A stretch of DNA of 64,000 nt, from contig NC_043014.1 in the NCBI RefSeq assembly GCF_006345805.1, forward strand, positions 16,926,001 to 16,990,000. The letters are read 5' to 3'. The notes under the pieces are model-generated. The model was given only the letters and a program-made list of their open reading frames with translations. It searched no databases and was not told where the DNA came from. This DNA comes from Octopus sinensis. Taxonomy: Eukaryota. The translations under genes and the position numbers were made by a program. This document shows positions 25,820-40,171 of the stretch, piece by piece (positions within the stretch are counted from its first letter, which is position 1; every line of letters begins with the position of its first letter).

Positions 25820-26538
25820 CAAGGTGGTATCAAAGAGTTCCCAGACTAGTTCTGTAGTACACCAACAGATGGCAGCACACGGTTGTGTGTGCAGGGAGAG
25901 CTAGCAGTGACCTTCATGAGGCCGTGTGCTGAGTGACATTGTTGTGTTTACTTCGCAAGTAGTGAAATTTGTGTTTTTGTGATCACGTGTATGCAGTAGA
26001 ATGCGATTTTGTCATGGACAGGAAAGAACATTGCGTCGATGTCTGTCAAGATCTCTGTCAGCATGCCGCTGATGACCCATCCTTCATGTCGAGGATCATC
26101 ACCAGTGATGAGAGTTGGGTCTATGGGTGCGACCCTGAGACGAAGCAGCAGTCGTCACAATGGAAGACTGGGTGCATTGTCATCGTGAAGAATTGGACTC
26201 TTCACGATGACAACACACCCAGTCACCAAGCTCTCCTCACTCGTGAGTTTCTTGCCAGATTTAGCACCTGCGGACTTCCATCTCTTCCCCAAGATGAAAA
26301 TGCAGCTGAAAGGTCGCTGTTTTAACACCGTTGTCGAGATCCAGAGCGAATCGCAGAAGGTCCTCCACTCGCTTACAGAAGATGACTTCCAAGCCGGATT
26401 CCAAAAGTGGCAGGAACGCTGGGACTGGTGTATTGCTGTGCAAGGTGACTATTTCGAAGGAAATGATGTTAAGACTTAGGTAAATAAGCTATATTTTATT
26501 ATACATAACTAGTCCGGGAACCTTTTGATACCACCTTG
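25820..26538 (+). mobile_element. Internally deleted mariner element
   Basis: TIRs caaggtggtatcaaa(g/a)..ttccc.gactagtt with TA flanks; residues IITSDESWVY..DPETKQQSSQWK, LHDDN..SH and PDLAPADFHLFPK. Confidence 0.9.
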
Positions 26539-26559
26539 TATATATATATATATATATAT

Positions 26560-26672
<113 letters not shown>

Positions 26673-26736
26673 TGATAAAACGGTAAGATAACAAAAGAAA
26701 GAAAGAAACCACAATATTATGTAAATAGAGGAAATT

Positions 26737-27647
26737 TATCTATACAATATGTTACATTACTCGGTAGTCAAGATAAAACTCTGAGTTTCAGATGCCGAAG
26801 TGGAAATCCACAACACCATCTCTTCGGTTATCTGGCTATTTGCGATGGTATGGTCATGTACTGCGGATGGATGAGGAGAGATGTGTGAAGAAGTGCCACT
26901 CCCGAACAGTTGAAGGAATCAGGGGGAGAGGTAGACCCAGGAAGACATGGGATGAGGTAGTCAAGCATGATCTCAGAGCGTTGGGCCTCACTGAGGCAAT
27001 GGCGAAGGACCGAGATCTCTAGAGATATGCTGTGACTGCAAAGACACGGGCTGCATCCTGCACCAGTTCCGCATAGCCCCTGCCCATTCAAAGTACACCG
27101 GATCCCAGAACGTCCCGCTGTGCTTGAGGAGACCTGTTGAGTCAAGTACATGAACATCGAAATAAATATCAATGGAAATAGTAGTTGTGATACTTGCACA
27201 CCGAATCTGATGCTTCTTATGCCTAGCATTTCTCTCAGGGTGCTTACACTCTGTCGTGCATTCACACTGACATTAAACATCCAGCGGATCATGCTAGCTT
27301 CATTTCTTTCAAGTCTACGCATGTCCTCTGCAGTCACAGCCCATGTTTCACTACCGTGAAGCATGGCAGTTCGCACACATGCATCATACAATCTACCTTT
27401 CGCTTTGAGCGAGAGACCCTTTGTCGCCAGTAGGGGTAGGAGCTTTCTGAACTTTGCCCAGGCTATTCATATTCTAGTGGTGATACTCTCTGAGCATCCA
27501 CCTCCACTACTAACTTGGTCACCCAGGTAGCGGAAACTATCAAAATAGCCAGATAACCGAAGAGATGGTGTTGTGGATTTCCACTTCGGCATCTGAAACT
27601 CAGAGTTTTATCTTGACTACCGAGTAATGTAACATATTGTATAGATA
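26737..27647. mobile_element. ~105-bp perfect inverted repeats (PLE pLTR-like, HHR-bearing) enclosing two RTE fragments in opposite orientations
   Basis: Arms 26737-26841 and 27543-27647. Inside: RTE on + at 26842-27193 and RTE on - at 27193-27542. (TA)n on both sides. Confidence 0.88.
27552..27612 (+). ncRNA. Hammerhead ribozyme-like motif (mirror copy at 26772-26832 on -)
   Basis: gataa-CCGAAGA-gatg...catc-t-GAAA-ctc-a-gaGTT-ttatc; stems I, II and III can all form; U4C core variant. Confidence 0.7.
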
Positions 27648-27697
27648 TATATATATATATATACATATATATACATATATATACATACATATATATA

Positions 27698-27823
<126 letters not shown>

Positions 27824-27867
27824 TCCAACCCATGCTAGCATGGAAAGCGGACGTTAAATGATGATGA

Positions 27868-27934
<67 letters not shown>

Positions 27935-27968
27935 CATATACATACATACATATATATATATATAATAC

Positions 27969-28097
<129 letters not shown>

Positions 28098-28159
28098 TAT
28101 ATATATATATATATATACATATATGCATATATATACATATATACATATATATATATATA

Positions 28160-28602
28160 TCAAATCAAATCAAAATAGATGAACATGAATGGAATTCGTA
28201 TCCTTGTGGTACCAGTGCCGGTGGCACATATGAAAACCATCCGAACGTGACCGTAGCCAGTACCGCAACGACTGGCCTCCGTGCTGAGGGCACGTAACAA
28301 ACACCATCCGAGGGTGGCCGTCCGCCAGCCTCGTCTGGCACCTGTGTCGGTGGCACATAAAAAACACCATCCGAGCGTGGCCGTCTGCCAGCCTCGTCTG
28401 GCACCTGTGTCGGTGGCACATAAAATCACCCACTACACTCTCGGAGTGGTTGGCGTTAGGAAGGGCATCCAGCTGTAGAAACACTGCCAGATCTGACTGG
28501 CCTGGTGCAGCCTTCAGGCTTGCCAGACCCCAGTTGAACCGTCCAACCCATGCTAGCATGGAAAGCGGACGTTAAACGATGCTGATGATGATGATGATGA
28601 TG

Positions 28603-28603
<1 letters not shown>
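28160..28603 (+). mobile_element. RTE 3'UTR fragment with VNTR and (TGA)n tail
   Basis: Similar to 5170-5880. Confidence 0.85.
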
Positions 28604-28663
<60 letters not shown>

Positions 28664-29192
28664 ATATATTATAAGAGTTAAGGTTAAAATCCCAACTGTA
28701 ACCTCAAAGAAAACACATCTGCTAAAACCAAGATAGTGGAGTTGAATAAAAATAGATGAAAATGGATGGTATTTGGTATTATTTATTCTCCATGACAAAT
28801 GTTTCATTATCCAATAAAAGCAATAACTGTACACAGACAGATAAAACAAATTATATTAGACAAATCTTCAGACAGAGAAATAACATCATCATCATTTAAC
28901 ATCTATTTTCCATGTTGGCATGAATAGGACAGTTCAACAAGATCCAGCAAGCAGCAGGACTGCATCGAGCTCCAATGTCAGCTTTGGCATGGTTTCTGCA
29001 GCTAGATGCCCTTCCTAACGTCATCCACTTTACAGTGTGTATTGGATGCATTTCTTGTGACACTGGCACTAGTGAGGTGACTAGTGCCAGTGTTACAAGT
29101 AAGTTGCAAGACAGGAAAAGAAAAGGAAAAATCCCTCTTCACTAAGTGGGAAGAGTATTTGAGAAGAGGAGGTGTCTTTATGCCAAGTAAAG

Positions 29193-30349
29193 TCACCTTC
29201 CCATACAATCTTATAAATCACCCACCCATCCACCCACTTCTGCTCAGCTTGTAACCTGTGGGGCCACCAGTCTGCTCCCTCCCACCTCATTCACCTTCCC
29301 ATACAATCTTATAAATCACCCACCCATCCACCCACTTCTGCTCAGCTTGTAACCTGTGGGGCCACCAGTCTGCTCCCTCCCACCTCATTCACCTTCCCAT
29401 ACAATCTTATAAATCACCCACCCATCCACCCACTTCTGCTCAGCTTGTAACCTGTAGGGCCACCAGTTTGTCCCCTCCCACCTCATTCACCTTCCCATAC
29501 AATCTTATAAATCACCCACCCATCCACCCACTTCTGCTCAGCTTGTAACCTGTGGGGCCACCAGTTTGTCCCCTCCCACCCTCATTCCCCTTTCCATACA
29601 ATCTTATAAATCACCCACCTATCCACCCACTTCTGCTCAGCTTATAACCCATGGGGCCACCAGTCTGCCCCCTCCCACCTCATTCACCTTTCCATACAAT
29701 CTTATAAATCACCCACCCATCCACCCACTTCTGCTCAGCTTGTAACCCTTGGGGCCACCAGTTTGTCCCCTCCCACCCTCATTCACCTTTCCATACAATC
29801 TTATAAATCACCCACCCATCCACCCATTTCTGCTCAGCTTGTAACCCATGGGACCACCAGTCTGCCCCCTCCCACCTCATTCACCTTCCCATACAATCTT
29901 ATAAATCACCCACCCATCCACCCACTTCTGCTCAGCTTGTAACCCATGGGACCACCAGTCTGCCCCCTCCCACCCCATTCACCTTTCCATACAATCTTAT
30001 AAATCACCCACCCATCCACCCACTTCTGCTCAGCTTGTAACCCATGGGGCCACCATTCTGCCCCCTCCCACCTCATTCACCTTCCCATACAATCTTATAA
30101 ATCACCCACCCATCCACCCACTTCTGCTCAGCTTGTAACCTGTGGGGCCACCAGTCTGCTCCCTCCCACCTCATTCACCTTCCCATACAATCTTATAAAT
30201 CACCCACCCATCCACCCACTTCTGCTCAGCTTGTAACCCATGGGACCACCAGTCTGCCCCCTCCCACCTCATTCACCTTTCCATACAATCTTATAAATCA
30301 CCCACCCATCCACCCACTTCTGCTCAGCTTGTAACCCGTGGGGCCACCT
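29193..30349. repeat. 98-bp minisatellite, about 12 copies
   Basis: Unit tcaccttcccatacaatcttataaatcacccacccatccacccacttctgctcagcttgtaacc...; starts at 29193, 29291, 29389, 29487 and so on. Confidence 0.95.
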
Positions 30350-31575
30350 GGGCACTTATCATCATTATCTCTGTCTTGCAGGTCCTACTCGTCATTTTCT
30401 CTCCCCTACTAGATGTGAGTAGCCATGCAGACCCCTCTACAAGAACCTGTTCTTCCCACCACCCCACCTCTCATAGTAACCCCCTTTGTCCCCTAGCATG
30501 ACGCTGACCCTCTTCCACCTCCCCCAGGGTTCACAGTCCTATGAACTGCATGGCAACCTCAATAGTGCAGGTGGCACAAAAAAAAAGCACCCAGTCCATG
30601 CAGTAAAGTGGTTGGTGTTGGGAAGAGCATCCAGCCATAGAAACTGCCAAAGCAGACAGTGGCGCATGATGCAGTCCTGGGACACTCAGATCCTGTCAAA
30701 CAATCCAACCTATTCCAGCATGGAACATGGATGTTAAATGATGATGATGATGATGATGATGATGATTAATGAATGATTGAATAACTAACACCTTGAGGCA
30801 GTAATAGGTTTGTCATTATTTACAACAGCTGATGAAATAAACTTGGTTCCAGTGATAAGGCTTGAACCCTGAACCAAAGGGTTGTTAATAAACCCCCAAC
30901 TACAGCATCATGCTCCCTCCACCTCATTACTACCCATTCTATGTGGGGCTACTATTGTTCTCTTATCTGCACACAAACCTTCAATAGATCCATTCTAATC
31001 CAAGCAATCCGATATCGGACTTAAACCAAACTACAATCACAGTCAGTCTTTAATTTTCATCACTGATTCTTCAGAATAACTCACACACACACACACACCA
31101 CACACACACACACGCGCGCATGCACGCACACACACTCAAATATGTCTTTAGAAACACCTAAACAGTACAGAGCCCTTCCAAACACATCTACACACATACA
31201 TGTTCTACACACGCATATACACAGGAACACATTTGCACTCACACACAACTATATCTATACACACAAGACCATTGCTCCACCTTTTGTTTTGCATTATCAC
31301 CTCCATATCTCTATCACATTCTTTCATATAATACATACACACACACATACATGTGTGTGTGTGTGTGTGTGTTGATATAGACATACATACACCTGTATAT
31401 AGAGATAAAGGATACATGTAGATGTGTGCAAACAAACACACAAATGTTATGAGGCATTAAAAATAGATGTTTACAAGTGTATATATGGAAATGCATATGT
31501 ATAAACAGGTACACACACAAACACATATATATATATATATATATACACATATATGACAACATAAGTGCAGATATA

Positions 31576-31622
<47 letters not shown>

Positions 31623-32122
31623 CTACAATATAAACACCCTATAAACTACACCATATAATATATACACTACTGTGTAGTGTATATATTATGTAGTGTGTAT
31701 ATATATATACACACACATATATATATGGATGTATATTATCATTATCATCATATATATATATATATGATGATGATTATATACACTCTTTACCCCCTCCCCC
31801 ACTATGTACCATAAAGTCATTGTCTTCAACACAGTTTCATAATCTTTAACTCTGCATGTAATGATAAACATTGTCCATATAGCCTCTAACACCACCACCA
31901 CTGCTATTGGTCTTTGATATACAAAAATAAGGATGGTCATGGCTGGAACATCTTTCATCATAGGTCTGCCAGAACAAGGCTAACCTAGGGTTAAACAACA
32001 CCACACATCCCTAACCCCTCCTCCACATATACATACAGCATTGAGCACTTCTTTCCTCTCTTCTCTGAGTGTTCACCACCAACGTCACCACCACCACCAC
32101 CATCTAATTCCACAGCCTATAT

Positions 32123-32190
<68 letters not shown>

Positions 32191-32194
32191 CTAT

Positions 32195-32239
<45 letters not shown>

Positions 32240-32246
32240 ACTATAT

Positions 32247-32297
<51 letters not shown>

Positions 32298-33683
32298 CTG
32301 CTCCCCAACCTACACCACATCCATGAATCTATAGAACAGACCAAACAAAAGAAGCCATTTACTAGGATCAGTGATCTTGCTGAGCCAAAGTCTGAAAAGA
32401 ATCTATTGTAGAATGGTTCGCTTTCAACTCTCACTCGCCCCTCCCCACCGCCCCCCACTGACCAATATTGGAACTGAGGGGGTGAGGTGGTGTGTGTGGG
32501 ATATGTTAATGAATAATGAATTCCTTGATATTGTCTTATATGTAGAAAAAATAAGTGTGCCATTTGTGTGTATGTGTATATATGTGTGTGTATATATATA
32601 TGTATGTGTGTGTATGTATATGGATGTATATTATCATCATCATCGTTTTAACATCTACTTTCCATGCTTGCATGGCCGACACTGAGTTGAGACAGAGTTA
32701 TACACACAATTACACATGTCTGTGTGTATGTGTATACATGCATGTTTGTGTGTGTGTGTGTGTGTGTACATTTTCAGCCAAGACATTCTTTAATTGAGGG
32801 TTTCTACAATCACATCATCAGGAGTCTCTCTCTCTATCTATGTATTTATATATGTATGTATAAACACACACACATATCATCATCATCTGACTTCCATGAT
32901 GACATGGGTTGGATACACACCAATTCACATATGTCTGTATGCCTATACATGATGTCTATATCATATTCTTGTTTTTCCCTGTTGGCATGGGTTGTCTGAG
33001 TCTTCTCCAACATACCATCTTGCCATCATTCACTGCAATCTTGCATCATCCCCTTTGTGAAGTACCACCTCTTGGGATCAACTTTCAACCCTTCTTCCGA
33101 CCTGTCCCTTGGTCTTCTTCTACACAGCTTCCTTCCACTTAGATTGCCAACCACTTCTTGCCTTCACACTCTTACTACTACTACTACTACTACTCACTCT
33201 TCAGATTTTGTGTTTTGCTATTCATTCACATCCAGGGCCACATGCTCACCTCATTTCCTTCCAGCCTTAGCACATTCACTTTACTCTGATAAAAAAGCTT
33301 GGAATAAATCAGAGAGAATGATAAAACCACAAGGCATACATAAAGTGACAATGTAAATAGGTAGAAAGACAGAGTGAAAGGGAGAGAGAGGGTGCGAGTG
33401 AGAGGGAGAGACAGAAGGGGAGAAAGAGGAGAAAAAATATTAAGAAAGAAAGAAGTGGATACAATAAGCTTTATGGAGAAAGGTAGCATGTATCAGAGAG
33501 GAGTGCAAAAATGAATAACTGTAAGGTTGACTGTATATAGATAAAATAGTAGGAGAAACAAAGAGCAGAAAGATGTTAAGATCTAGGAAGAAAGTATAAT
33601 TAGGGGGTGGTGTGTAAAATGAATAATGTAAAGTAGGATTTATAGTGTGGAGAGAGGGAGAGAGGAAGGCAGAGGGAGCGATG

Positions 33684-33712
<29 letters not shown>

Positions 33713-33715
<3 letters not shown>

Positions 33716-34080
33716 TATAAAACAATAGGAGAGTGGAGATTAATTGTACATCAATACTTTTATTAGAAAAAGTTCGCTACAACATGACCATTCTAAGACC
33801 GACATATGTTTGTTACAACAGTAGCAAAACTGCATCACATGCAGACATGCACTAAACTGCAGCACCCTCATCGGGGTCCACTCATTATGATGTTTACAGA
33901 ACGTAATGAGTGGACCCCGATGAGGTTGGTGCAGTTTGGTGCATGTCTGCATGTGATGCAGTTTTGCTACTGTTGTAACAGAAACATATGTCGGTCTTAG
34001 AATGGTCATGTTGTAGCAAATTTTTTCTAATAAAAGTATTGATGTACAATTAATCTCCACTCTCCTATTGTTTTAAATAT
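33713..34080. mobile_element. ~175-bp palindrome (foldback PLE pLTR-like element) within (TA)n
   Basis: Arms ~33713-33887 and ~33901-34080 are near-perfect reverse complements. Confidence 0.88.
33913..33996 (+). ncRNA. Hammerhead ribozyme-like motif with palindromic stem III
   Basis: gacc-CCGATGA-(long stem II)-GAAA-catatGTC-ggtc; acatatgt palindrome and GUC cleavage triplet. Confidence 0.7.
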
Positions 34081-34124
34081 ACACTCTATGCAGTATCTGG
34101 ATTTATAACTGATTTTTTCCCTTC

Positions 34125-34159
<35 letters not shown>

Positions 34160-34161
<2 letters not shown>

Positions 34162-35360
34162 AGGTTGAGTCAAAAGTTTTTTCGGATTTTCACTGATGAT
34201 TTTTGACAACTTGTATCTCCAAGTTATATTATCAATTTGATACAACTTCTTGTTCAATCGTGCTGAATAGTTTTTTCTTTATTTTATAGCTTTGACAATG
34301 AGTGGTGAATAAATTGCAATAAGAGCCATTTTATGCTGCCTGTGGAAGAAAGGACTGAGTGCAAGACAGTGGCAAAATAAATTAATGATGGGGAAAGCCC
34401 AGGAACTGTCAATAAATGTGTGGCACAAAACTAGTTCAGATGTTTCAAGGAAGGTGACAACAGCCTCGAAGACAAACCAAGGTCAGGGAGACCTTCTGTT
34501 GTGGAAGATGAGGCCTTACTTGAAATGGTTGAACAACAGCCAAATACAAGCACTTGTACATTGTTGGCAGAACTTGGTCCTTTACAAAGTACCATCAATT
34601 GACACCTCCATAAGCTTGGCCTTGTGAACAGATGCTGTCGAGAAGTTCCTCATGAACTGACCAATGACCAGGCTCAATGATGTGTGAACATTTGCAAACA
34701 GCTGCTGGCAAATCCTTGAGATGCCCATTTTTGGTGTTGAATTGTAACTGGGGATGAAAAATGGAACTATTTTTGTAATCCTAATAAGAGAAATCAGTGG
34801 CTTTGTTCCAACCAGGTTTTAGAACCTGTTGTCAAACAAGGGTGGTTTGAACAGAAGGTCATGTTGTATGTTTGGTGGAATTTCGAGTGAGTGTTGCACT
34901 TTGAGCTTGTCCCAGATGGTCATGCTTTGAACACTAACCTTTATGCTCAACAAGTGCAGTGACTATATGATGCTTTGAAAGCCCGCTACCCGGCATTGGT
35001 CAATCGAAGACATGCACTCCTACAGCATGACAATTCCCCAGCACATACTGCCAATGTGATGAAGCGCAAACTTGAGGGTCTGTAAGTGCTGCCTCACCTT
35101 GCTTACAGTCAAGAACTTGCACCATCAGATTACCACCTTTTCCAAGCCATGGCTCATTTCCTGCCTAGACAGAGGTTCAACAATGTGGATGAGGTTGAAA
35201 ACAAATGGTATCAGTGTGGAATTGAGATTCTGGCACAACAATAGCAACAGACAATAGAATATAATGGGATATATTTTGATGAATAAACACTTTTCGTATG
35301 TAATTTGTTTGAACTATTAATTAAAGCTTGAAATACGAAAAAACTTTTGACTCAACCTGG
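34160..35360 (+). mobile_element. Full-length mariner element with a pseudogenised transposase
   Basis: ~30-bp TIRs ccaggttgagtcaaaagttttttcg, TA at the right flank; IVTGDEKW, KVMLYVWWNF, QHDNSPAH and AYSQELAPSDYHLF with stops and frameshifts. Confidence 0.93.
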
Positions 35361-38300
35361 TATATATATATATATATAACGGACGTTAAAGGATGATGAT
35401 GATGATATATATATAATAAGAGAGAGAGAGAGATACATATTGTAGATGTGTATGTACATTTTGCCATTATATTAGGGTAAAAGAACTGAAAAAGTGGTGT
35501 TTTTGGTAAAAAAACTGCAAAGTAGACACTTGCATGTCTCTCTCTCTCTCCCTCTCTCACTTTCTCTCTCTCTCTCTCACTCTCAGAAATCCTGTAAACT
35601 AGTTGGAACCCTACATTTGTTGTCCACTTATTTCTGCAACAGAAAATATAAAAACAATACTTGATGTCCAATACTTGACCAATTCTCTCATCTCCTCTCT
35701 TACTTTTAATTGGTTAAACTTCATAATTAAGTTATTACTAAATTATTCTTTGAAGAAATAATAAAAAGTTGATAATGAACAAATGAAGCTAATCATTTAA
35801 AATTAGGTGTGGAATAAATTAGTGAATTAATTGTTAATTATTACTGATGCTAATTGTTAATGGTTTATAACCAGTTGTTGAGTATAAGGAGGTTGGGGTA
35901 ATGGAATGGGTGGGGGTAGCAGCAGTGGACATTAAGTGGGGGCTTCAGGACAGTGGAGGGGGGCCTTAACATGCTTTGGAATCTCTAGTTTAGAAATAAG
36001 ATATTTACAGGAGATGAGACCCACAATAAAATTGATGATGATGCTGGTAGTGGTTGTGGTGGTGATGGTTGCTGTCATCCTCATCATCATATCGGGGGGG
36101 GGGGAAGACACAAAGCTCTAAAACAAGGAGAGGTCAAGCAGGGTGAAAGGAAATGCTAAATGTGTAGAGGAAGGTGGCAGTGGTATGGTAAAGGTCAATG
36201 GATGACCTTTAGTAGAGGGTGTGGTTCTGTTGAAGATGCTTGGCTGGGTAGGTGGGTGGGTGGGAAATATTGGTTACCCCTAGGTTTATTGATCTGTTTC
36301 CACCCTCCCCCCTTCCCCAGCTGATTCTGCGTGGAGCAGTCCTGTCTGTGTGTCTGTACTCAATACAGTCATGTTGCCATGTGCACTGTTGTTGCAAGTG
36401 TTGTGTTAAATGTTAACGAGCGTTAAGTGCATCTCTTTCCTAAAATGACAACTAATTGATCCATTCCGACCAGCCAGCCTTCCCACAATGCAACTGGAGA
36501 CAGTTTCTCATTTTTCACAGATTTTCCAATATTATTTCTCTGTTATTAGTTTCATGTGATTTATAGCCAATTCTTCAAGAATGGTAACAATGCACACACA
36601 AACACATACATTGGCACATACACACATACATATATACACACACACGTTTGATTATAATGATAATAAAGTTGAATGTTAATCCATTTTCTACTCAGTTTAT
36701 CCCATTCCAGAATATATGGGTGTTGGGGGCAGTGAATGGAGAAACTTGTCTAAGCCTTAATTCACTTCACAGTTTATTTCACTCAGATCACATCCTCTCT
36801 GATCTCTAGTGACTGTTTTATGATTTATGGACAGTGAAAATATATTTGTTGTAGCTGACAAGACACTTTGCAACAGTTAAGGGGAATTAACAAATATTAT
36901 TGTCAAGAATATAACACATTAATGTCACTCATGTCAACTTTCTTTTAGATGGCTGTGGGCAGTGCCCTGCCTGCATTGTGTAAAATGACAAAAGGAAGAG
37001 AGGAAAAAAGATGATTTACCTTTGGCGAGGCACAGTGCCAATATGTGGCACCACTGTAGTATATAGGGAATCCAGAATATTTTTTTCTGAAGATCCATTC
37101 TGGTCAATGTAGTAATCTGGAATAGAGAGAAAAATATTTTAATTACAGCTGTCATATAATTTTATTATAAGGATTTGTAAGAATCAAGGCACATCAACTC
37201 GTAGGATGTCAGGAATGGCTAGGTAACATAGAGCCCACATTGAAATAAACAACACTGAAAACACATCAAGTGTTGATAGGATACCGTAGATATGCAAGTA
37301 CCACTAAATACTAGTGGCCTTTAAAATTTACGACAGCTGTTTTGGTAGAATTTTATTTATTTAATGCAGTCATAAAAGATTACATCATAATATATAATCA
37401 ATCTTTGGGTGGCGAGCTGGCAGAATCGTTAGAGCATTGGAAAATATGTTTTGCGGCATTTAACTCCAGCGTTTTACGTCCTGCTTATGTCAGCTTTTCC
37501 TTTTCATTGTTCAGGGATCGATAAAATAGGGTATTAGTTAAGTCATGGAATCGATGGTATCGATTGTTCCCTTCCCCTCAAAATCCCTGGCCATATGACT
37601 ATGCATGTCAGTGACAAGTTCTCAGTTTCGAGCGATGAAAATTTTGACAACATATTACAGACAATAAATGTTTAAGTGAAGTTAACGGTCTTTGTATGTC
37701 TATTTGGTTGAGTGTTTAATGTATGGTACCCTTTTTTATTATATATAACAACCCGCCCGAAAATACCTCTTTCTACGATAGCAAACTTCTATTTTGAAAT
37801 GAAATTTGGTAAGAAAATGGGAAAAGCAGTAGCGTGTACTTCGGAAAATTATCGTAAAACCGCAACTTTGTAGCTCTCGTAATCTGGCAAGCCCATGATC
37901 CGACGAAGAGGGTGACGGGTTTAAATAGATATATCACTACCTCCCCCTGTCTCTTCCGCTTTTTGTAATTTGGCGCCATTTCGTGATTGAATCAGTCCAC
38001 ATCATGATGTAATAGTAGGTCTCAGTTCAAATATCTCTTCCGATGCTCCAAAGTTCTCCGTGTTTTTGTCTTTTAAGTTACCACCATATTCTAGGTAATT
38101 CTTTTATGACAATTATTTAACCACTTCATCATACTTAACACAATTTACTTGTCACCTTTGGCTCATTGAATTACGTCCTTCTTTTACAAGTGAAATATCA
38201 GTCTTGTTTAAAGTTAAACAATTCTCATAGAAGCAAACACGATATTCACTAATTCACCGTCATACGTCTACTAAAAACTTTAACATACTTCCAAAATTGA

Positions 38301-38395
38301 TCCACGCACCAACATAAAAAAAATTTCAATTTCAACCAAATTTACAAAGTGTTGCATTACAAGAGGGACGATGTTTCAATAATGAAAGTAATGTT

Positions 38396-38801
38396 AAGGC
38401 GGCGAGCTGGCAGAATCGTTAGCACGCCTGGCGAAATGCTTAGCGGTATTTCGTCTGCCGCTACGTTCTGAGTTCAAATTCTGCCGAGGTCGACTTTGCC
38501 TTTCATGATTTCGGGGTCGATAAATTAAGTACCAGTTACGTACTGGGGTCGATGTAATCGACTTAATCTCTATGTTTAGCCCCTTGTGGGCAATAAAGAA
38601 ATAAGAAACGTTAGCACGCCGGGTTAAATGCTTAGCGGTATTTCGTCTGTCTTTATGTTCTGAGTTCAAATTCCGCCAAAGTCGACTTTACCTTCCATCC
38701 TTTCGGGGTGGATAAATTAAGTACCAGTTGCGTTCTGGGGTCGATCTAATCGACCGGCTCCCTCCCCCAAAATTTCGAGCCTTGTGCCTAGAGTAGAAAA
38801 G
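38396..38801 (+). mobile_element. Dimeric tRNA-derived SINE (Meta-domain-like) with 18-bp TSD
   Basis: TSD aataatgaaagtaatgtt at 38378-38395 and 38802-38819; core gtcgactttgcctttcat..ttcggggtcgataaattaagtacc present twice. Relatives at 37408-37600, 39790-40005 and 53870-54360. Confidence 0.85.
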
Positions 38802-40171
38802 AATAATGAAAGTAATGTTTCGCCGGATTAGTCACATCTGTACTATTATAATAAAGAAAGCAGCGATCCTTCGTTTTGAGAAAGCTGCTTAACAATCTAT
38901 AATGGGCACTGTCATGCTATTAGGTGTCAGAAGTGAAAGTATGTCAACTGTGGTTATTGACTGAATCTTTCCATTCTGAGTTCAAATTCAGCTGTCGCTT
39001 ACATGGGAGGTATTCTAACCCGTTGCCGCCCAGTTTAACACCAACGGACAATTGAGTGCCTTTAGCAGAACCAATTCCGTTTGTGATTATTCAGATTATG
39101 TCCCTCATTTGACGATACCTCTCTCTCCCTTTCTCCCACTCGACTGTTAAGGATTATGAGCATCGCCATTCCTCTTAAGTAAACGATAGAAAAAGAAAAA
39201 TTAGTTTTCTCGTAATTTCTTGGTCGAGTACCTTATTTAATGGTGTTTAAGATGCACTTAGCAACACATGTGGCGCCACGTAAAAATGCACTCGTTAAAC
39301 TGTAAAGTGGCTGGTTGTTAGGAAGGGCACCCAACCTGGAACCTGGTGTAGCTCCCTGGCCTTGCCAGCTCCTGTTGAACCAGCCAACCCATACCAGCGT
39401 GGAAAATGGATGTTATATGATGCCCACCCCCGCCCCGCAAAAAAAATTACTCCAGGTCTTAGATATAAAGTTGGGCCTCTTAGAAGCTAATTCCTGAATG
39501 TACCAAAACCTAATTTTGTTTAATCTGTGCATCTTTTATACCGTCAAATATGGTATGTTTTTCTAAAACATGCTTGGAGTCTTTTATACTTATTAGAGTA
39601 ATTTTGTTAAAACAATATAGGTACAGGCGTGGTTGTGTTAACAAGCTTGTTTTACAACTGTGTAGTTTGGGGTTCTGTCCCACTTCAAGTGCTGAAGTTG
39701 ACACAGTCAACTTACCTGCTCTGCCTGAACTTGACAGGCCTTGTGTCAAAAATTGAAACCATCATTATTATTGTTAGTCATTGACTATAAGGTGGCAAAC
39801 TGGCAGAATCGTTAGCATGCCGGGCAAAATGCTTAGCGATATTTTGTCTGCCGCTACGTTCTGAGTTCAAATTCTGCCAAGGTCAACTTTGCCTTTCATT
39901 CTTTCAGGGGTCGATGAAATAAGTACCAGTTACACACTGGGGTCAATATAATTGACTAGCCCCCTTCTCCCAAAATTTTCAAGGCCTTGCACCTAGTGTA
40001 AAAATAATTATTGTAGTCATTGAGTGATAGGGCTTTTCCTTGCTCCTTAATTCTTCCCAATTTGATTTTCTGTGTTCCCTCGCATTAAATACATTAACAC
40101 TTGCATTTAATTATGAAATTGTTTATTTGTTGTTTTTCCAGAGACTTCCAGCATTTTAACACAGTGTTACC

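Noticed and set aside
29193-30349. CRISPR-like array
   Set aside because: There are no unique spacers and the context is eukaryotic; this is a plain tandem repeat. The same applies to the RTE 3'UTR arrays.
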